Position numbers and translations under genes: made by a program
The notes under the pieces: model-generated
The model's database searches: none
Seen by the model: the letters and a program-made list of their open reading frames with translations, nothing else
What the model was told of the DNA's origin: nothing
Assembly (NCBI GenBank): GCA_041695225.1
Contig: JBGFRI010000005.1
Location: 42,936-106,935 of the forward strand
DNA from: Deinococcota bacterium
GTDB taxonomy: Bacteria > Deinococcota > Deinococci > Deinococcales > Thermaceae
Direction of reading: 5' to 3'
Length of the DNA: 64,000 bases
In this document: positions 53,752 through 62,810 of the stretch, in pieces
Layout of the letters: the number at the start of each line of letters is the position of its first letter
How positions within the stretch are numbered: the first letter of the stretch is position 1

Positions 53752-54638
53752 GGCGCACCTCGCCCTTCCAGCAAACCCTGGGTGTATGCAGCCTCGAGCA
53801 GGAAGCGATAATATGCAAACGCCTGCTCTCCTTGCTCCCAACCACGCTCTTGCAGCAGCCGCTCGGCCCTGGGCCAGCGATACGCCCAGCGCTTGAAGGC
53901 CAGCGAAACAGGATTCACACCCGTCCATAGGGCCACCAGAAGACTCGGGTGCAAACGATAAAACTTCCAGGCCATGCGCCCCAGGCTGCGGGATTTGCGC
54001 ATCATCCCTTCGAAATTCACCCGGTCTTCATGCCTAGCCCGCGCCATGGTTGCAAGGCGGGGACGGACTCCCTTCCTCCACAAGCGCAAACCCAACTCGT
54101 GGTCTTCCCATCCATACTCTGTAATCTCGGCAAACGGCGGGTCTGGAAGTCGTGAACGCTCTACCGACAGACTGGCAAACCAGAAACCGCCCCAACCAAG
54201 GGTCGCGCCATTGCTCTTGCCCCGAACTCCGGCTTCCGCTCGCTCTCGCCAGAACCGGGTAAAAGAGTCCTGGCCCAGCGTGTCTGGAATGTAGGTACGG
54301 CTCACCACAGCAGCGCCCGGATAGCGGCGATGCAAAGCGAGGTGGGCCAGCAAGAAACCCTCTTCAGGAATGATGTCATCGTCGTTGAACAGCACATACT
54401 GGCCCCTGCAGTAAGCTATCCCGGCGTTCCGGGCTGACGCCGGCCCGGAGTTGTTTTGTCGAACAATCCGTAAGCGCAAATCACCGAACCGGGCTAGTTG
54501 CACCTGGGTGTCATCGGTAGAGCCATCGTCCACAACGATAATCTCGAAACTCACCCCGTCTTGCGCCAAAAAGGCCGCCAGCGTCCGGGCCACCAGTTCG
54601 GCCCGGTTATGAGTGGGGATGACCACACTGATCTCCAT
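53748..54638 (-). CDS. Glycosyltransferase family 2
   Basis: ISVVIPTHNR, VDDGSTD, ARNAG, FNDDD and YGWEDHELG. Confidence 0.93.
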   Translation of the reverse strand: MEISVVIPTHNRAELVARTLAAFLAQDGVSFEIIVVDDGSTDDTQVQLARFGDLRLRIVRQNNSGPASARNAGIAYCRGQYVLFNDDDIIPEEGFLLAHLALHRRYPGAAVVSRTYIPDTLGQDSFTRFWRERAEAGVRGKSNGATLGWGGFWFASLSVERSRLPDPPFAEITEYGWEDHELGLRLWRKGVRPRLATMARARHEDRVNFEGMMRKSRSLGRMAWKFYRLHPSLLVALWTGVNPVSLAFKRWAYRWPRAERLLQERGWEQGEQAFAYYRFLLEAAYTQGLLEGRGAP

Positions 54639-54641
54639 AGG

Positions 54642-55460
54642 CTACCGTGTGCGCCTTGCCTCATAGGCTTCCCAAGCCCCCCAAGCGTAGGCTAGCTCGT
54701 AGTCGCCTCGGCGCCCAATCAATCCTTTCGCCCAGGGCAAAATTGCCAGCTTTAACCCTAGCAATACTGGATGTACACCCAGTTCGAACCCTAAAACCCA
54801 GTCGCGATGGTGCCTATACGCCTGCATAGCCTGCTGCCCTGCTGAACGGGCTCTGTTCATGTCAGATATAGGTGGGCTTCCAGCATGAATGGATTTTGCT
54901 TCAGGTAAATAGTAAAACTTCACCCCTACCTTGGCCAGGCGATAACCAAGCTCGATATCTTCTACTCCATAACCAGAAAACCCCTCCCAAAACCCTCCCA
55001 CACAGTTAACAACGTCCAGAGGAACGCTGCTGTTTGCTCCGTTAAGTGCTGTCCAGTGTAAGCCACCAAGCCGGTAACTGAGGGCAGGTTTTTCTCCGTT
55101 TTCCCATTGCATAGCCCCAATGTATACCGCTGGTCTCGCTAGCTGGGCTTCCTGGAATAGTTTAAGGGTTTGTGGAGCTAGCCAAACATCATCATCGGAG
55201 AGGCAGAGGAATTTCCCTTGGGCCAAATTAATTCCCACATTACGTGCTTTGGCGGGGCCTACACCCGGGGTTGCCGACCATCTTAGCCCAAAAGGAGGCT
55301 GGTAGTCCCGTAACCACTCCTGGGTACCGTCGGTACAACCATCTGCGATTACGATAACTTCGAATTGGCTCGGGGGAAGCTGCTGGGCTTCAAGGCTCTG
55401 CATTTTGTGCTGCAGCAGACTCAGCCGGTTGTGGGTAGGAATGATCACGCTGATTTCCAT
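54642..55460 (-). CDS. Glycosyltransferase family 2
   Basis: ISVIIPTHNR, ADGCTDGT, SDDD and YGVEDIELGYRL. Confidence 0.93.
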   Translation of the reverse strand: MEISVIIPTHNRLSLLQHKMQSLEAQQLPPSQFEVIVIADGCTDGTQEWLRDYQPPFGLRWSATPGVGPAKARNVGINLAQGKFLCLSDDDVWLAPQTLKLFQEAQLARPAVYIGAMQWENGEKPALSYRLGGLHWTALNGANSSVPLDVVNCVGGFWEGFSGYGVEDIELGYRLAKVGVKFYYLPEAKSIHAGSPPISDMNRARSAGQQAMQAYRHHRDWVLGFELGVHPVLLGLKLAILPWAKGLIGRRGDYELAYAWGAWEAYEARRTR

Positions 55461-55464
55461 GGGG

Positions 55465-56295
55465 CTACCTTTTGCGGCCTGCCTCATAGGCTTCCCAGGC
55501 CCCCCAGCAGAAGGCCAGCTCGTACTCGCCCCTACTACCCAGTAGCCATTTTAGACTGGGGAGTAGGGCCATCTTCACCGCCAGCAGGGTGGGGTTCACA
55601 CCAAGCGCCCAGGCGATCCGGGGGTCGCCGTGCTTTTTCCAGACCTGCACGTGGGCTGCACCCGCCTGACGCGCTTTTTGCATGGCCCTGTCACGGTGCT
55701 CGAGGGCTTCGTGAACGGCCACCGCGTCCGGCACAAAGACCAGCCGCATCCCCGCCTTCATCAATCGGTAGCCCAGGTCGGAGTCCTCTCCGCCGTAGGC
55801 GCTAAAGGCCGAGTCATAGCCACCCACTTCGTCGAACAGCTCTCTGGGCATAGAGGTGTTGTTGCCGGTCACGTGCCACCAATAAACTCTTGGCCCCCCC
55901 AGCTCGGCGGCCCCGGTTCCTCGCAGTTCGGGAGGGAGTTTCAAGCGCCCAACCGCAACTGACCGGGGCTGGGTATGGGCCTTCTGGTGTGCCTCGATCC
56001 AGCCTGGCAGAGGAATGACATCATCGTCGGAAAAGAGCAAAATATCGCCCCTGGCAGCCCTGGCCCCCTGGTTGCGGGCATTCGCCGCCCCGCTGCCCCG
56101 GCCATAGCCATCGGAGGTCTCCAGCACCTGCAAGCTGTAGTGTGGGTGGTAGTCATGTAAGAACTGTTGGGTACCGTCGGTGCAGCCATCAGCCACCACG
56201 ATCACCTCAAACTCGCCCTGCTGGGCCTCTAAAGCGCGCAGCTTTTTCTCGAGCAGTTCGCGGCGGTTGTGGGTAGGAACAATTACCGAAATCAT
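55465..56295 (-). CDS. Glycosyltransferase family 2
   Basis: ISVIVPTHNR, ADGCTDGT, FSDDD and YGGEDSDLGYRL. Confidence 0.93.
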   Translation of the reverse strand: MISVIVPTHNRRELLEKKLRALEAQQGEFEVIVVADGCTDGTQQFLHDYHPHYSLQVLETSDGYGRGSGAANARNQGARAARGDILLFSDDDVIPLPGWIEAHQKAHTQPRSVAVGRLKLPPELRGTGAAELGGPRVYWWHVTGNNTSMPRELFDEVGGYDSAFSAYGGEDSDLGYRLMKAGMRLVFVPDAVAVHEALEHRDRAMQKARQAGAAHVQVWKKHGDPRIAWALGVNPTLLAVKMALLPSLKWLLGSRGEYELAFCWGAWEAYEAGRKR

Positions 56296-56724
56296 GGCGC
56301 CTCCCAGTTGTCCAGGCGCAGACCTGCAATTCGCACGAACTCTCGCTGGTTGCGGGAGACCAGTACCAGGTTACGGCTTTGCCGGAATCGCGTAAGCGAC
56401 TCGCCTAAGGTCGTGGGCTCTGGCAGTCGCGGCGATCCACAGGTCGTTAGGCCCTATCGGTGTGCCCTGGCGCTCGAGGTCGGCCCGAACCATGCCGTAT
56501 ACCTCGGCTACGGTAGTGTCTACTTCAAAAACCGGTACTTCGCTGCGTAGAACCTCCAGGCGCCCCAGGTTGGCTTCGACCCGCTGGCTCTTTCTGGCGC
56601 CGTAGTACAGCTCGCCCAGACTGACGCTGCTAATTCCGATTTGCGGCTCGGATTGAACGCGCAGCACCAGCGCCAGAACGCCCTTCAGGTACCCAATCCA
56701 GACGCTGGTATCGAGCAGGTACAC
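56292..56724 (-). pseudogene. vapC: VapC PIN-domain toxin disrupted by a 40-bp insertion
   Basis: YLLDTS, GELYYGA and IGPNDLWIAATARAHDL; removing 56368-56407 restores a 130-aa frame ending VLVSRNQREFVRIAGLRLDNWEAP*. Confidence 0.88.
56368..56407 (-). mobile_element. 40-bp miniature element inserted in vapC
   Basis: Identical to 30726-30765; flanked by a repeated CT/ACCT. Confidence 0.8.
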
Positions 56725-56942
56725 TAAAGCCCCTCCCGTTCCTCGAAACTACCCTGCTCAGAACGTGTCAGGTCGCCCTCCCAGCTCCCAGCCAAGGCCA
56801 TGAAGGCAGCCGAGCGTTCAGGTGTGACCTGGGCCTCGATCATCTCGCGCAGAAGCTCTGAAAGCTTGATACCTCTGGCTCTGGCCTTTTGCTTTAAGGC
56901 CCGGTAGGTGGATTCCTTAAGGTAAGTCTGAACCTGTGGCAT
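56724..56942 (-). CDS. vapB: RHH/CopG-type antitoxin (VapB)
   Basis: QVQTYL...LKQKARARGIKLSELLREMI and LAGSWEG; overlaps the vapC start. Confidence 0.85.
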   Translation of the reverse strand: MPQVQTYLKESTYRALKQKARARGIKLSELLREMIEAQVTPERSAAFMALAGSWEGDLTRSEQGSFEEREGL

Positions 56943-57164
56943 AACTTATAGTATATATATTTATACTCGTGGTCTGGTAGCAAACTCTTTACCGTGGGCA
57001 CTCCCCAATGCGCGGGCAGAAGAACAAGAGCCAAGTGTCAAGGGTCTAGGACCAAAGCTCTCGACCCTCGACCCCCGGCATTTTCATTTGACCCTCGACC
57101 CGACCGGTGACCCGAGACCCGAGACAGCCTAAAAGGGCAAGCACTGGTAAACATATTAACTTAC

Positions 57165-57800
57165 CTAACCACTACATCCTCTACACATCTCCAGGAAATT
57201 CCTCAGCATCAGCCTGCCTCCCTCGGTCAAAACCGACTCGGGGTGGAACTGCACGCCGTGGGTGGGGTAGCGGCGGTGGCGCAGGCCCATCACGGTGTGG
57301 CCCTCAGCCTCGTAAAGCCAGGCGTTTACTTCTAGCTCCACGGGCAAGTCTTCCACCACCAACGAATGATAACGGGTGGCAACAAGCGGGTTAGGAAGAC
57401 CAGCAAACACCCCGCTCTGGTCGTGTGAGATGGGGCTGGTCTTGCCATGCAGGATTACCTTGTGCCGCACCACCCTGGCCCCAAAAGCCGCCCCAATGGC
57501 CTGATGGCCCAAGCAGACCCCCAGAATTGGGTACCTGGGCGCATATTTTTGAATGAGTGGGACCGACAAACCCGCCTCGCTGGGGGTGCAGGGGCCAGGA
57601 CTAATCACAATGCCGTGGGGGTCAAAGGCCGCGATATCCCCTAAGCCAAACTGGTCGTTGCGCCATACCGTGACCTCGGCTCCGAGCTCGCCCAGGTACT
57701 GCACCAGGTTGTAGGTGAAGGAGTCGTAGTTGTCAATGACCAAAATACGCCTGCCGGGTGTGTGTTGTGAGGTGTGGGTCTCGGGGAGTACGAGATTCAT
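57165..57800 (-). CDS. trpG: Anthranilate synthase component II (glutamine amidotransferase)
   Basis: [28 protein letters not shown] and GVQFHPES. Confidence 0.96.
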   Translation of the reverse strand: MNLVLPETHTSQHTPGRRILVIDNYDSFTYNLVQYLGELGAEVTVWRNDQFGLGDIAAFDPHGIVISPGPCTPSEAGLSVPLIQKYAPRYPILGVCLGHQAIGAAFGARVVRHKVILHGKTSPISHDQSGVFAGLPNPLVATRYHSLVVEDLPVELEVNAWLYEAEGHTVMGLRHRRYPTHGVQFHPESVLTEGGRLMLRNFLEMCRGCSG

Positions 57801-57916
57801 CGCTTTTGCTCCTGATGTGTAACGAAGCTGAAACGGCGCTTGCAAAGCATGATTAACTGGGTCTGCACGACTTGTATGTTGGTTTCTGGCGAAAGCCCGA
57901 GCTCGAGGTTGCTCAT
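57797..57916 (-). CDS. 39-aa small ORF or gene remnant ([15 protein letters not shown]...)
   Basis: GGAGGAG RBS; stop overlaps the trpG ATG; paralog at 58671-58778. Confidence 0.4.
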   Translation of the reverse strand: MSNLELGLSPETNIQVVQTQLIMLCKRRFSFVTHQEQKR

Positions 57917-57943
57917 GCGACTCCTCCCGGGTAAGTCAAACAC

Positions 57944-57999
57944 ATGAGCCGGTGGATGAGGCGCGAGTGAAGCGGGGCGGCTCGAGCCACTGGTTAGTG
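57944..57999 (-). mobile_element. Degenerate attC-like site at the end of the HEPN gene
   Basis: Minus strand CACTAAC-cagtg-GCTCGAGCCGcc with the stop codon inside R''; the right arm is decayed. Confidence 0.5.
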
Positions 58000-58356
58000 T
58001 GGCCCCCCGTTCGCCTCCAGGCTGTTGAGCAAGCGACGGCATTCGCGGCTCAGTATCGGAACATCGCGAACGGCGATTCCCCACACCAAGTCGTCATTGA
58101 CCGACGGATACTCATGAGTCAACTGGTTACGGAAGTCCACGATGCGCCGAGCATATGTGATTGAATTGAAGACTGCGGGATCATGGTGCGAGAGTGCCAG
58201 AACGGCCTCTCCGATGATGGTGAACTCCCGCTCCACCGCACGCCGGATGATGCGACTCTGCCGGTACCCCTCCGGACCGAGGCCCTCGAGCATCCCGGAG
58301 ATCGCTCTGCAGCAGTCTAGGATGTCCTTGAGGTAGGCCCGGGAGTCACGCGGCAT
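57994..58356 (-). CDS. HEPN/DUF86 (HepT-like) ribonuclease toxin
   Basis: AVEREFTIIGEA; RNQLTHEY (RX4HXY) motif. Confidence 0.92.
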   Translation of the reverse strand: MPRDSRAYLKDILDCCRAISGMLEGLGPEGYRQSRIIRRAVEREFTIIGEAVLALSHHDPAVFNSITYARRIVDFRNQLTHEYPSVNDDLVWGIAVRDVPILSRECRRLLNSLEANGGPH

Positions 58357-58684
58357 AGAGAGCCTGCTTGCTGCCCTCGATCTCAGCGACGATGTAGGGG
58401 TTCTTGATCGCGTCAGCCATCACCAGGTCAACTGGTACACCCAGAATTTCACGAAGCTCGTCGAGCAGATCGAAGTACGCGTCAACGAGCTCGAATGGCG
58501 TCATGGGCGCGAACTCCACCAGAAGGTCGATGTCGCTTTCACCAGGGCGGTAGCCGTCGCGCAGCACCGAGCCGAAGACATACATACGCGCCACGCCGTG
58601 GCGACGACATGCGTCTGTGATCGCACCCCGCTTCTCTTCTAGCATACGCACAGTGAATGCGCCTCCGTCCCTATGGTACCTCAC
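58346..58684 (-). CDS. Minimal nucleotidyltransferase (MNT/MntA) antitoxin
   Basis: VFGSVLR...SDIDLLVEF...VDLV...KNPY; true start may be 58645. Confidence 0.9.
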   Translation of the reverse strand: MRYHRDGGAFTVRMLEEKRGAITDACRRHGVARMYVFGSVLRDGYRPGESDIDLLVEFAPMTPFELVDAYFDLLDELREILGVPVDLVMADAIKNPYIVAEIEGSKQALYAA

Positions 58685-58778
58685 GGACCGAGATCGGGCG
58701 CCACTCGAGATTGTGCCGCCGGGTTCGCAAGGCTTGAATCTCGGTTTCTGGGGCTAACTCGAGCTCGAGGTTGCTCAT
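58671..58778 (-). CDS. 35-aa small ORF or gene remnant (MSNLELELAPETEIQALR...)
   Basis: GGAGGAG RBS; ATGA overlap with the trpS stop; paralog at 57797-57916. Confidence 0.35.
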   Translation of the reverse strand: MSNLELELAPETEIQALRTRRHNLEWRPISVREVP

Positions 58779-59782
58779 ACCGCTCCTCCTGAGTAATCCA
58801 GATACATCCTTGCCTTTACCCGCCTCAAAGTCGCTTTTGCAACCGCTCGAGCCTTACGTGTGCCCTCCAGCAATAGCTCAAGAACCTCCCTCCGATTGGC
58901 CTCGAGTTCGGCGCGGTGCTGGCGGACTGGCTCTAGAAAAGCATTGGCCCCAACGGAAAGCTCGCCTTTACAGGCCACGCAGCCTCGAGCACCAGTACGG
59001 CATTCGGCGGCGACGGTCTCACGGCTGGCCCGATTGAACAAATTGTGGTACTCGAACACCGTACACACCTCAGGCCGCCCCGCATCGCGCAGTCGCAGCT
59101 TGAGGGGGTCGGTCAGGGCGTTGCTGATTTTCTGTGCAACCATCTCAGCTTCGTCCGACAAGAACAGCGCATTGTTCAGGCTCTTGCTCATCTTAATGTT
59201 GCCGTCCAGGCCGCGTATCCGCGCACGCTCAATCACCCTGGCTTGCGGTTCTTTCAGAGTCTGGCCATATATCTGGTTGAACTTTCGAACGATTTCACGG
59301 GTTTGCTCGACCTGCGGCAACTGATCGTCGCCCACGGGAACCAGGTCTGCATCGAAGATGGTGATGTCTGCCGCTTGGGAAATGGGGTAGCCCAGAAAGC
59401 CCCAGGTCGCCGACTGCCCAAACAAGTCCCGCTTCTGGGCCACCTCGGTCTTGACCGTCGGATTCTGCTGCAAACGCGAAATTGTAACCAAATTGCCAAA
59501 ATAGACCGTAAGCTCGGCTATCTCCGGGATTAGCGACTGGATAAACAAGGTGGATTTTTGTGGGTCTATGCCCGAAGCAATGGCGTCGTAGGCTACCTCA
59601 ACCACGCTCTCGCGCACCCTTTGTGGGCGGTGAAAGTTGTCGGTGAGAGCCTGCACGTCGGCGATCATAACGAAAGTATCAAACTCTTTCTGCAATGTGG
59701 CCGTTTGCTGGAGCATCCCAAAGTAGTGTCCTATATGCAAACGTCCAGAAGGGCGGATTCCAGTGAGGATAGTCTTCTTCAC
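58775..59782 (-). CDS. trpS: Tryptophan--tRNA ligase (TrpRS II-like)
   Basis: HIGH, ADVQALTD, YPISQAADI, VPVGDDQ and KMSKS. Confidence 0.95.
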   Translation of the reverse strand: MKKTILTGIRPSGRLHIGHYFGMLQQTATLQKEFDTFVMIADVQALTDNFHRPQRVRESVVEVAYDAIASGIDPQKSTLFIQSLIPEIAELTVYFGNLVTISRLQQNPTVKTEVAQKRDLFGQSATWGFLGYPISQAADITIFDADLVPVGDDQLPQVEQTREIVRKFNQIYGQTLKEPQARVIERARIRGLDGNIKMSKSLNNALFLSDEAEMVAQKISNALTDPLKLRLRDAGRPEVCTVFEYHNLFNRASRETVAAECRTGARGCVACKGELSVGANAFLEPVRQHRAELEANRREVLELLLEGTRKARAVAKATLRRVKARMYLDYSGGAV

Positions 59783-61194
59783 AACCCCTCCTCCGCCAGC
59801 CTCACCGCCTTGAGCATGGCCTGGGCCTTGCTAAGGCACTCCTGGTACTCCGAGGTGGGGTTGGAGTCGTAGACCACGCCCGCCCCGGCCTGAATGTGAA
59901 TCTGCTCGTGGGCTATCACAATGGTGCGTAGCGTCAGGGCCACGTCCATGTGCCCGTCGTAGGCCAGGTAGCCAAAGCTTCCACCATAAGCTCCCCGGCG
60001 GGAGGGCTCGAGTTCTTCTATTATCTCCATGGCCCGAATCTTGGGGGCTCCCGAGACGGTCCCCATTGGAAGCACGGCGGCCAGGGCGTCCAGCGGGGTC
60101 TGGTCTTCGCGCAGCTCGCCTTCTAGCGTAGAGACAATGTGCATCACGTGGGAGTAGTTCTCTACCGCCATTAGCTGGCTGGGGCGCACGCTGCCATAGC
60201 GGCAGACCCGGCCCAGATCGTTGCGGGAAAGGTCTACCAGCATCACGTGCTCGGCCCGCTCTTTTTCGTCGGAGAGCAGTTCTTCGGCCAGGGCGCGGTC
60301 CTCTAGCGCATCCCGCCCGCGCCGGCGGGTTCCGGCGATGGGCCTGGTCACCACCTTGCGTCCGTCTGAGCGCAGCAGGCTTTCGGGGCTGCTCGAGACC
60401 AGCCTCACCTCGCCCAGGTCCAGAAAACCCATGTAGGGGCTGGGGTTCACCGAGCGCAGGGCCCGGTAGATGGCAAACGGATGCACGTTGAGCGGTGCCG
60501 ATATGCGTAAGCTGGGCACCACCTGAAAAATATCGCCCGCGCGAATGTACTCCAAAGCCCGCTCCACCATACCCTCGTACTCGGCCTGGCTGAGGTTCTG
60601 GCTAAACTCTACGCGCCGCCCAGCCCTTTCACCGGGCACCCCCGGCAGCGGCCCGTGGAGTTTTCTCTCGGCCCAGGCAATGCGCTCCAAGGCCTCGGCT
60701 TTCTCACCCTCCACCGCCGGAGCCACTATGTGCATCTGCTGCTTGAACTGGTCAAAGACCACCACCACCTCGGGCTCGACAAACAGCAGGTCGGGGATCT
60801 CGAGCAGGTCAGGCTTAAGGCTGGGGAGTCTCTCGTAGCAGCGGATCAGGTCATAAGCCGCGTACCCTACCGCGCCACCCCAAAAAATGGGCAGATCGGG
60901 GTCGGGCTGGATGGGCCGGTGGATGGCCTGGTAGAGCGTGCGCAGGGGATCGGTGGCCGTTAGCACCTGTCCATTTAAGGTAAAAACCCCCTTCTTCATC
61001 CGCCATACACTGCGGGCCCCCACCCCCACAAAGCTCCACCTGGCCCAGGCCTTGCCCCCCTCCACCGACTCGAGCAAAAAACTGGGGGTGGTCTTTTCGG
61101 AGAGCTTGAGGTAGGCCGAGACGGGGGTCTCGAGGTCGGCCAAAAGGGTTTTTTTGACCGGGATGGTGGGCTTGGTCGTCTTTGAGGTTAACAT
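59779..61194 (-). CDS. trpE: Anthranilate synthase component I
   Basis: FLLES, NPSPYM, RPIAGT, KERAEHVMLVDL, GTVSGAPK and QAGAG. Confidence 0.98.
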   Translation of the reverse strand: MLTSKTTKPTIPVKKTLLADLETPVSAYLKLSEKTTPSFLLESVEGGKAWARWSFVGVGARSVWRMKKGVFTLNGQVLTATDPLRTLYQAIHRPIQPDPDLPIFWGGAVGYAAYDLIRCYERLPSLKPDLLEIPDLLFVEPEVVVVFDQFKQQMHIVAPAVEGEKAEALERIAWAERKLHGPLPGVPGERAGRRVEFSQNLSQAEYEGMVERALEYIRAGDIFQVVPSLRISAPLNVHPFAIYRALRSVNPSPYMGFLDLGEVRLVSSSPESLLRSDGRKVVTRPIAGTRRRGRDALEDRALAEELLSDEKERAEHVMLVDLSRNDLGRVCRYGSVRPSQLMAVENYSHVMHIVSTLEGELREDQTPLDALAAVLPMGTVSGAPKIRAMEIIEELEPSRRGAYGGSFGYLAYDGHMDVALTLRTIVIAHEQIHIQAGAGVVYDSNPTSEYQECLSKAQAMLKAVRLAEEGL

Positions 61195-61214
61195 GGCTAC
61201 TCCTTCACAATTCC

Positions 61215-61247
61215 AAAAAACAAACCCCTGAGGAAAACCCCAGGGGT
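61215..61247 (-). terminator. trp attenuator terminator
   Basis: Minus strand ACCCCTGGGG-tttt-CCTCAGGGGT followed by TTGTTTTTT. Confidence 0.85.
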
Positions 61248-61269
61248 AACGACTGCTACCGTCCCGGGG

Positions 61270-61314
61270 TTATCCAGGCCACCACCAACCTTGAACGAAA
61301 GCGCCGCGTACCAT
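61270..61314 (-). CDS. trpL: trp operon leader peptide MVRGAFVQGWWWPG
   Basis: 14 codons with three consecutive TGG, directly upstream of the terminator and trpE. Confidence 0.9.
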   Translation of the reverse strand: MVRGAFVQGWWWPG

Positions 61315-61525
61315 CTGACCCTTAGCTTGCGCTATCTGGCCCCAGAATGCAAGGCCCCCGGTTTTTGTGACCGGCGACCCTTCAGACTAAAGCCCCCTCC
61401 AGGTAAAACCCTCAGGGCAAACCTCGGGGTCGCCATGGCGACAATATACGTCCCTGTCGTCATCACGGGGAGGCCATATCTCATGTCTCAGGTCTCATGT
61501 CTCAGGTCGCAGGTCGCCCCGCCCC

Positions 61526-61722
61526 GTCATTGCGAGGAGGCCGCAGGCCGACGAAGCAATCCACGAGAGGGTAATGCGCCCATCACCCGCCGAGGTGATC
61601 TGGATTGCTTCCCCTTCGGCTGCGCCTCGGGGTCGCAATGAGGCACCAGTACTCCCGTCATGGCGGGGCCACAGGCCCCATTCCTCGTCATGGCCAGGAG
61701 GCCCTTGGGAAGACGAAGCAAT
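61526..61722. repeat. REP/BIME-like cluster (GTCATTGCGAG family)
   Basis: 61526-61562 is identical to 42295-42331; inverted unit at 61602-61641; degenerate unit at 61687-61722. Confidence 0.8.
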
Positions 61723-61909
61723 AGCCCTGGGTGACTCAGTGCCTGGGAATACGGATGATTAAACCATAGACTGGGTGATGGAGTAGCCGAGTCTTGCCCT
61801 GAGCCTGTCGAAGGGGCAGGCCAGGGGATGCTCGCTTGGCTGTTCTAAACACAGCAAATGCCGCTTTCATGGGTGATATCGTCTGCGCTTGAGCAATAAG
61901 CTATGGGTG

Positions 61910-62686
61910 ATGCACTGGCTTACCTTTGATCTCGACGGCACTCTGGCCGACTGGCCTTTTCGTCGCCTGATGCGGCCCCATTTGCAACCTTTGCTGGCCC
62001 AGCAGGCCATCCGTCAGGCCCTGCGCGCCGAGTACCAGCGCCGCCTGACCCTGAGCGACCCCAGGCTGGTTTTCGACTGGGGCGATATTTACCAAGCAGT
62101 GCGGGAACAACTGGGCCTCGAAGACGCTTTTCCCGACATCGCCAAGGTGCTCGCTGAGGCTGCGTTTGAGGACGGCGTGGTCTACCGCGATGTACCCGCA
62201 GGGCTGGCATCTTTCCGGGCCCAGGGCTATCGAATTGCAGTAGCAACCAACAGCCTGGCAAAGTATCAGCAAATTCTGGTAGATAAGCTGGAGATCACCT
62301 ACGATCTGATGCTGGCCCCAGACATTTCGCTGGCGCTCAAACCAGATCCCGCTTTCTGGAATCCAGTGCAAAAAATAGCCATAGGGCCCATCGTACACGT
62401 GGGCGATCTGCTCAGCCAGGATGTCTGGGGGGCCAACAGTGCGGGCTTCGTGGCGGTGTGGATGTGGCGCAACATGCCCGAGGATTGGCGGAGCACCCCG
62501 CCAGCCCATAGAACCCGGCGTTCGGATCTGGGCTCGGTAATCGAAGCAGTGGTGCACAGCGAGCTAGAAGAGTTCGGCTTTTTAGGCGCCGTTCGCCCCA
62601 AAACTCCTCCCCAGCCCGATTACATCGTGGCTGACTTGCAAGAACTACACCAGGCGCTCACCCAGCCTGCCCTTGAGGGCAATTGA
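61910..62686 (+). CDS. HAD-family hydrolase
   Basis: FDLDGTL, VATN, KPDP and HVGD...D motifs; start uncertain (61889-61910). Confidence 0.9.
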   Translation: MHWLTFDLDGTLADWPFRRLMRPHLQPLLAQQAIRQALRAEYQRRLTLSDPRLVFDWGDIYQAVREQLGLEDAFPDIAKVLAEAAFEDGVVYRDVPAGLASFRAQGYRIAVATNSLAKYQQILVDKLEITYDLMLAPDISLALKPDPAFWNPVQKIAIGPIVHVGDLLSQDVWGANSAGFVAVWMWRNMPEDWRSTPPAHRTRRSDLGSVIEAVVHSELEEFGFLGAVRPKTPPQPDYIVADLQELHQALTQPALEGN

Positions 62687-62810
62687 ACCGCTGTGCTTCT
62701 TGCGGTAACCAGACCAGGCCGTGTCTCTTCAAACGCTGGCCGGGCTCGAGTTGAGACACGGCCCACCCGACAAGTACCTGAACCCCGACCCTCGAGGCCC
62801 TGCCCTGCAC

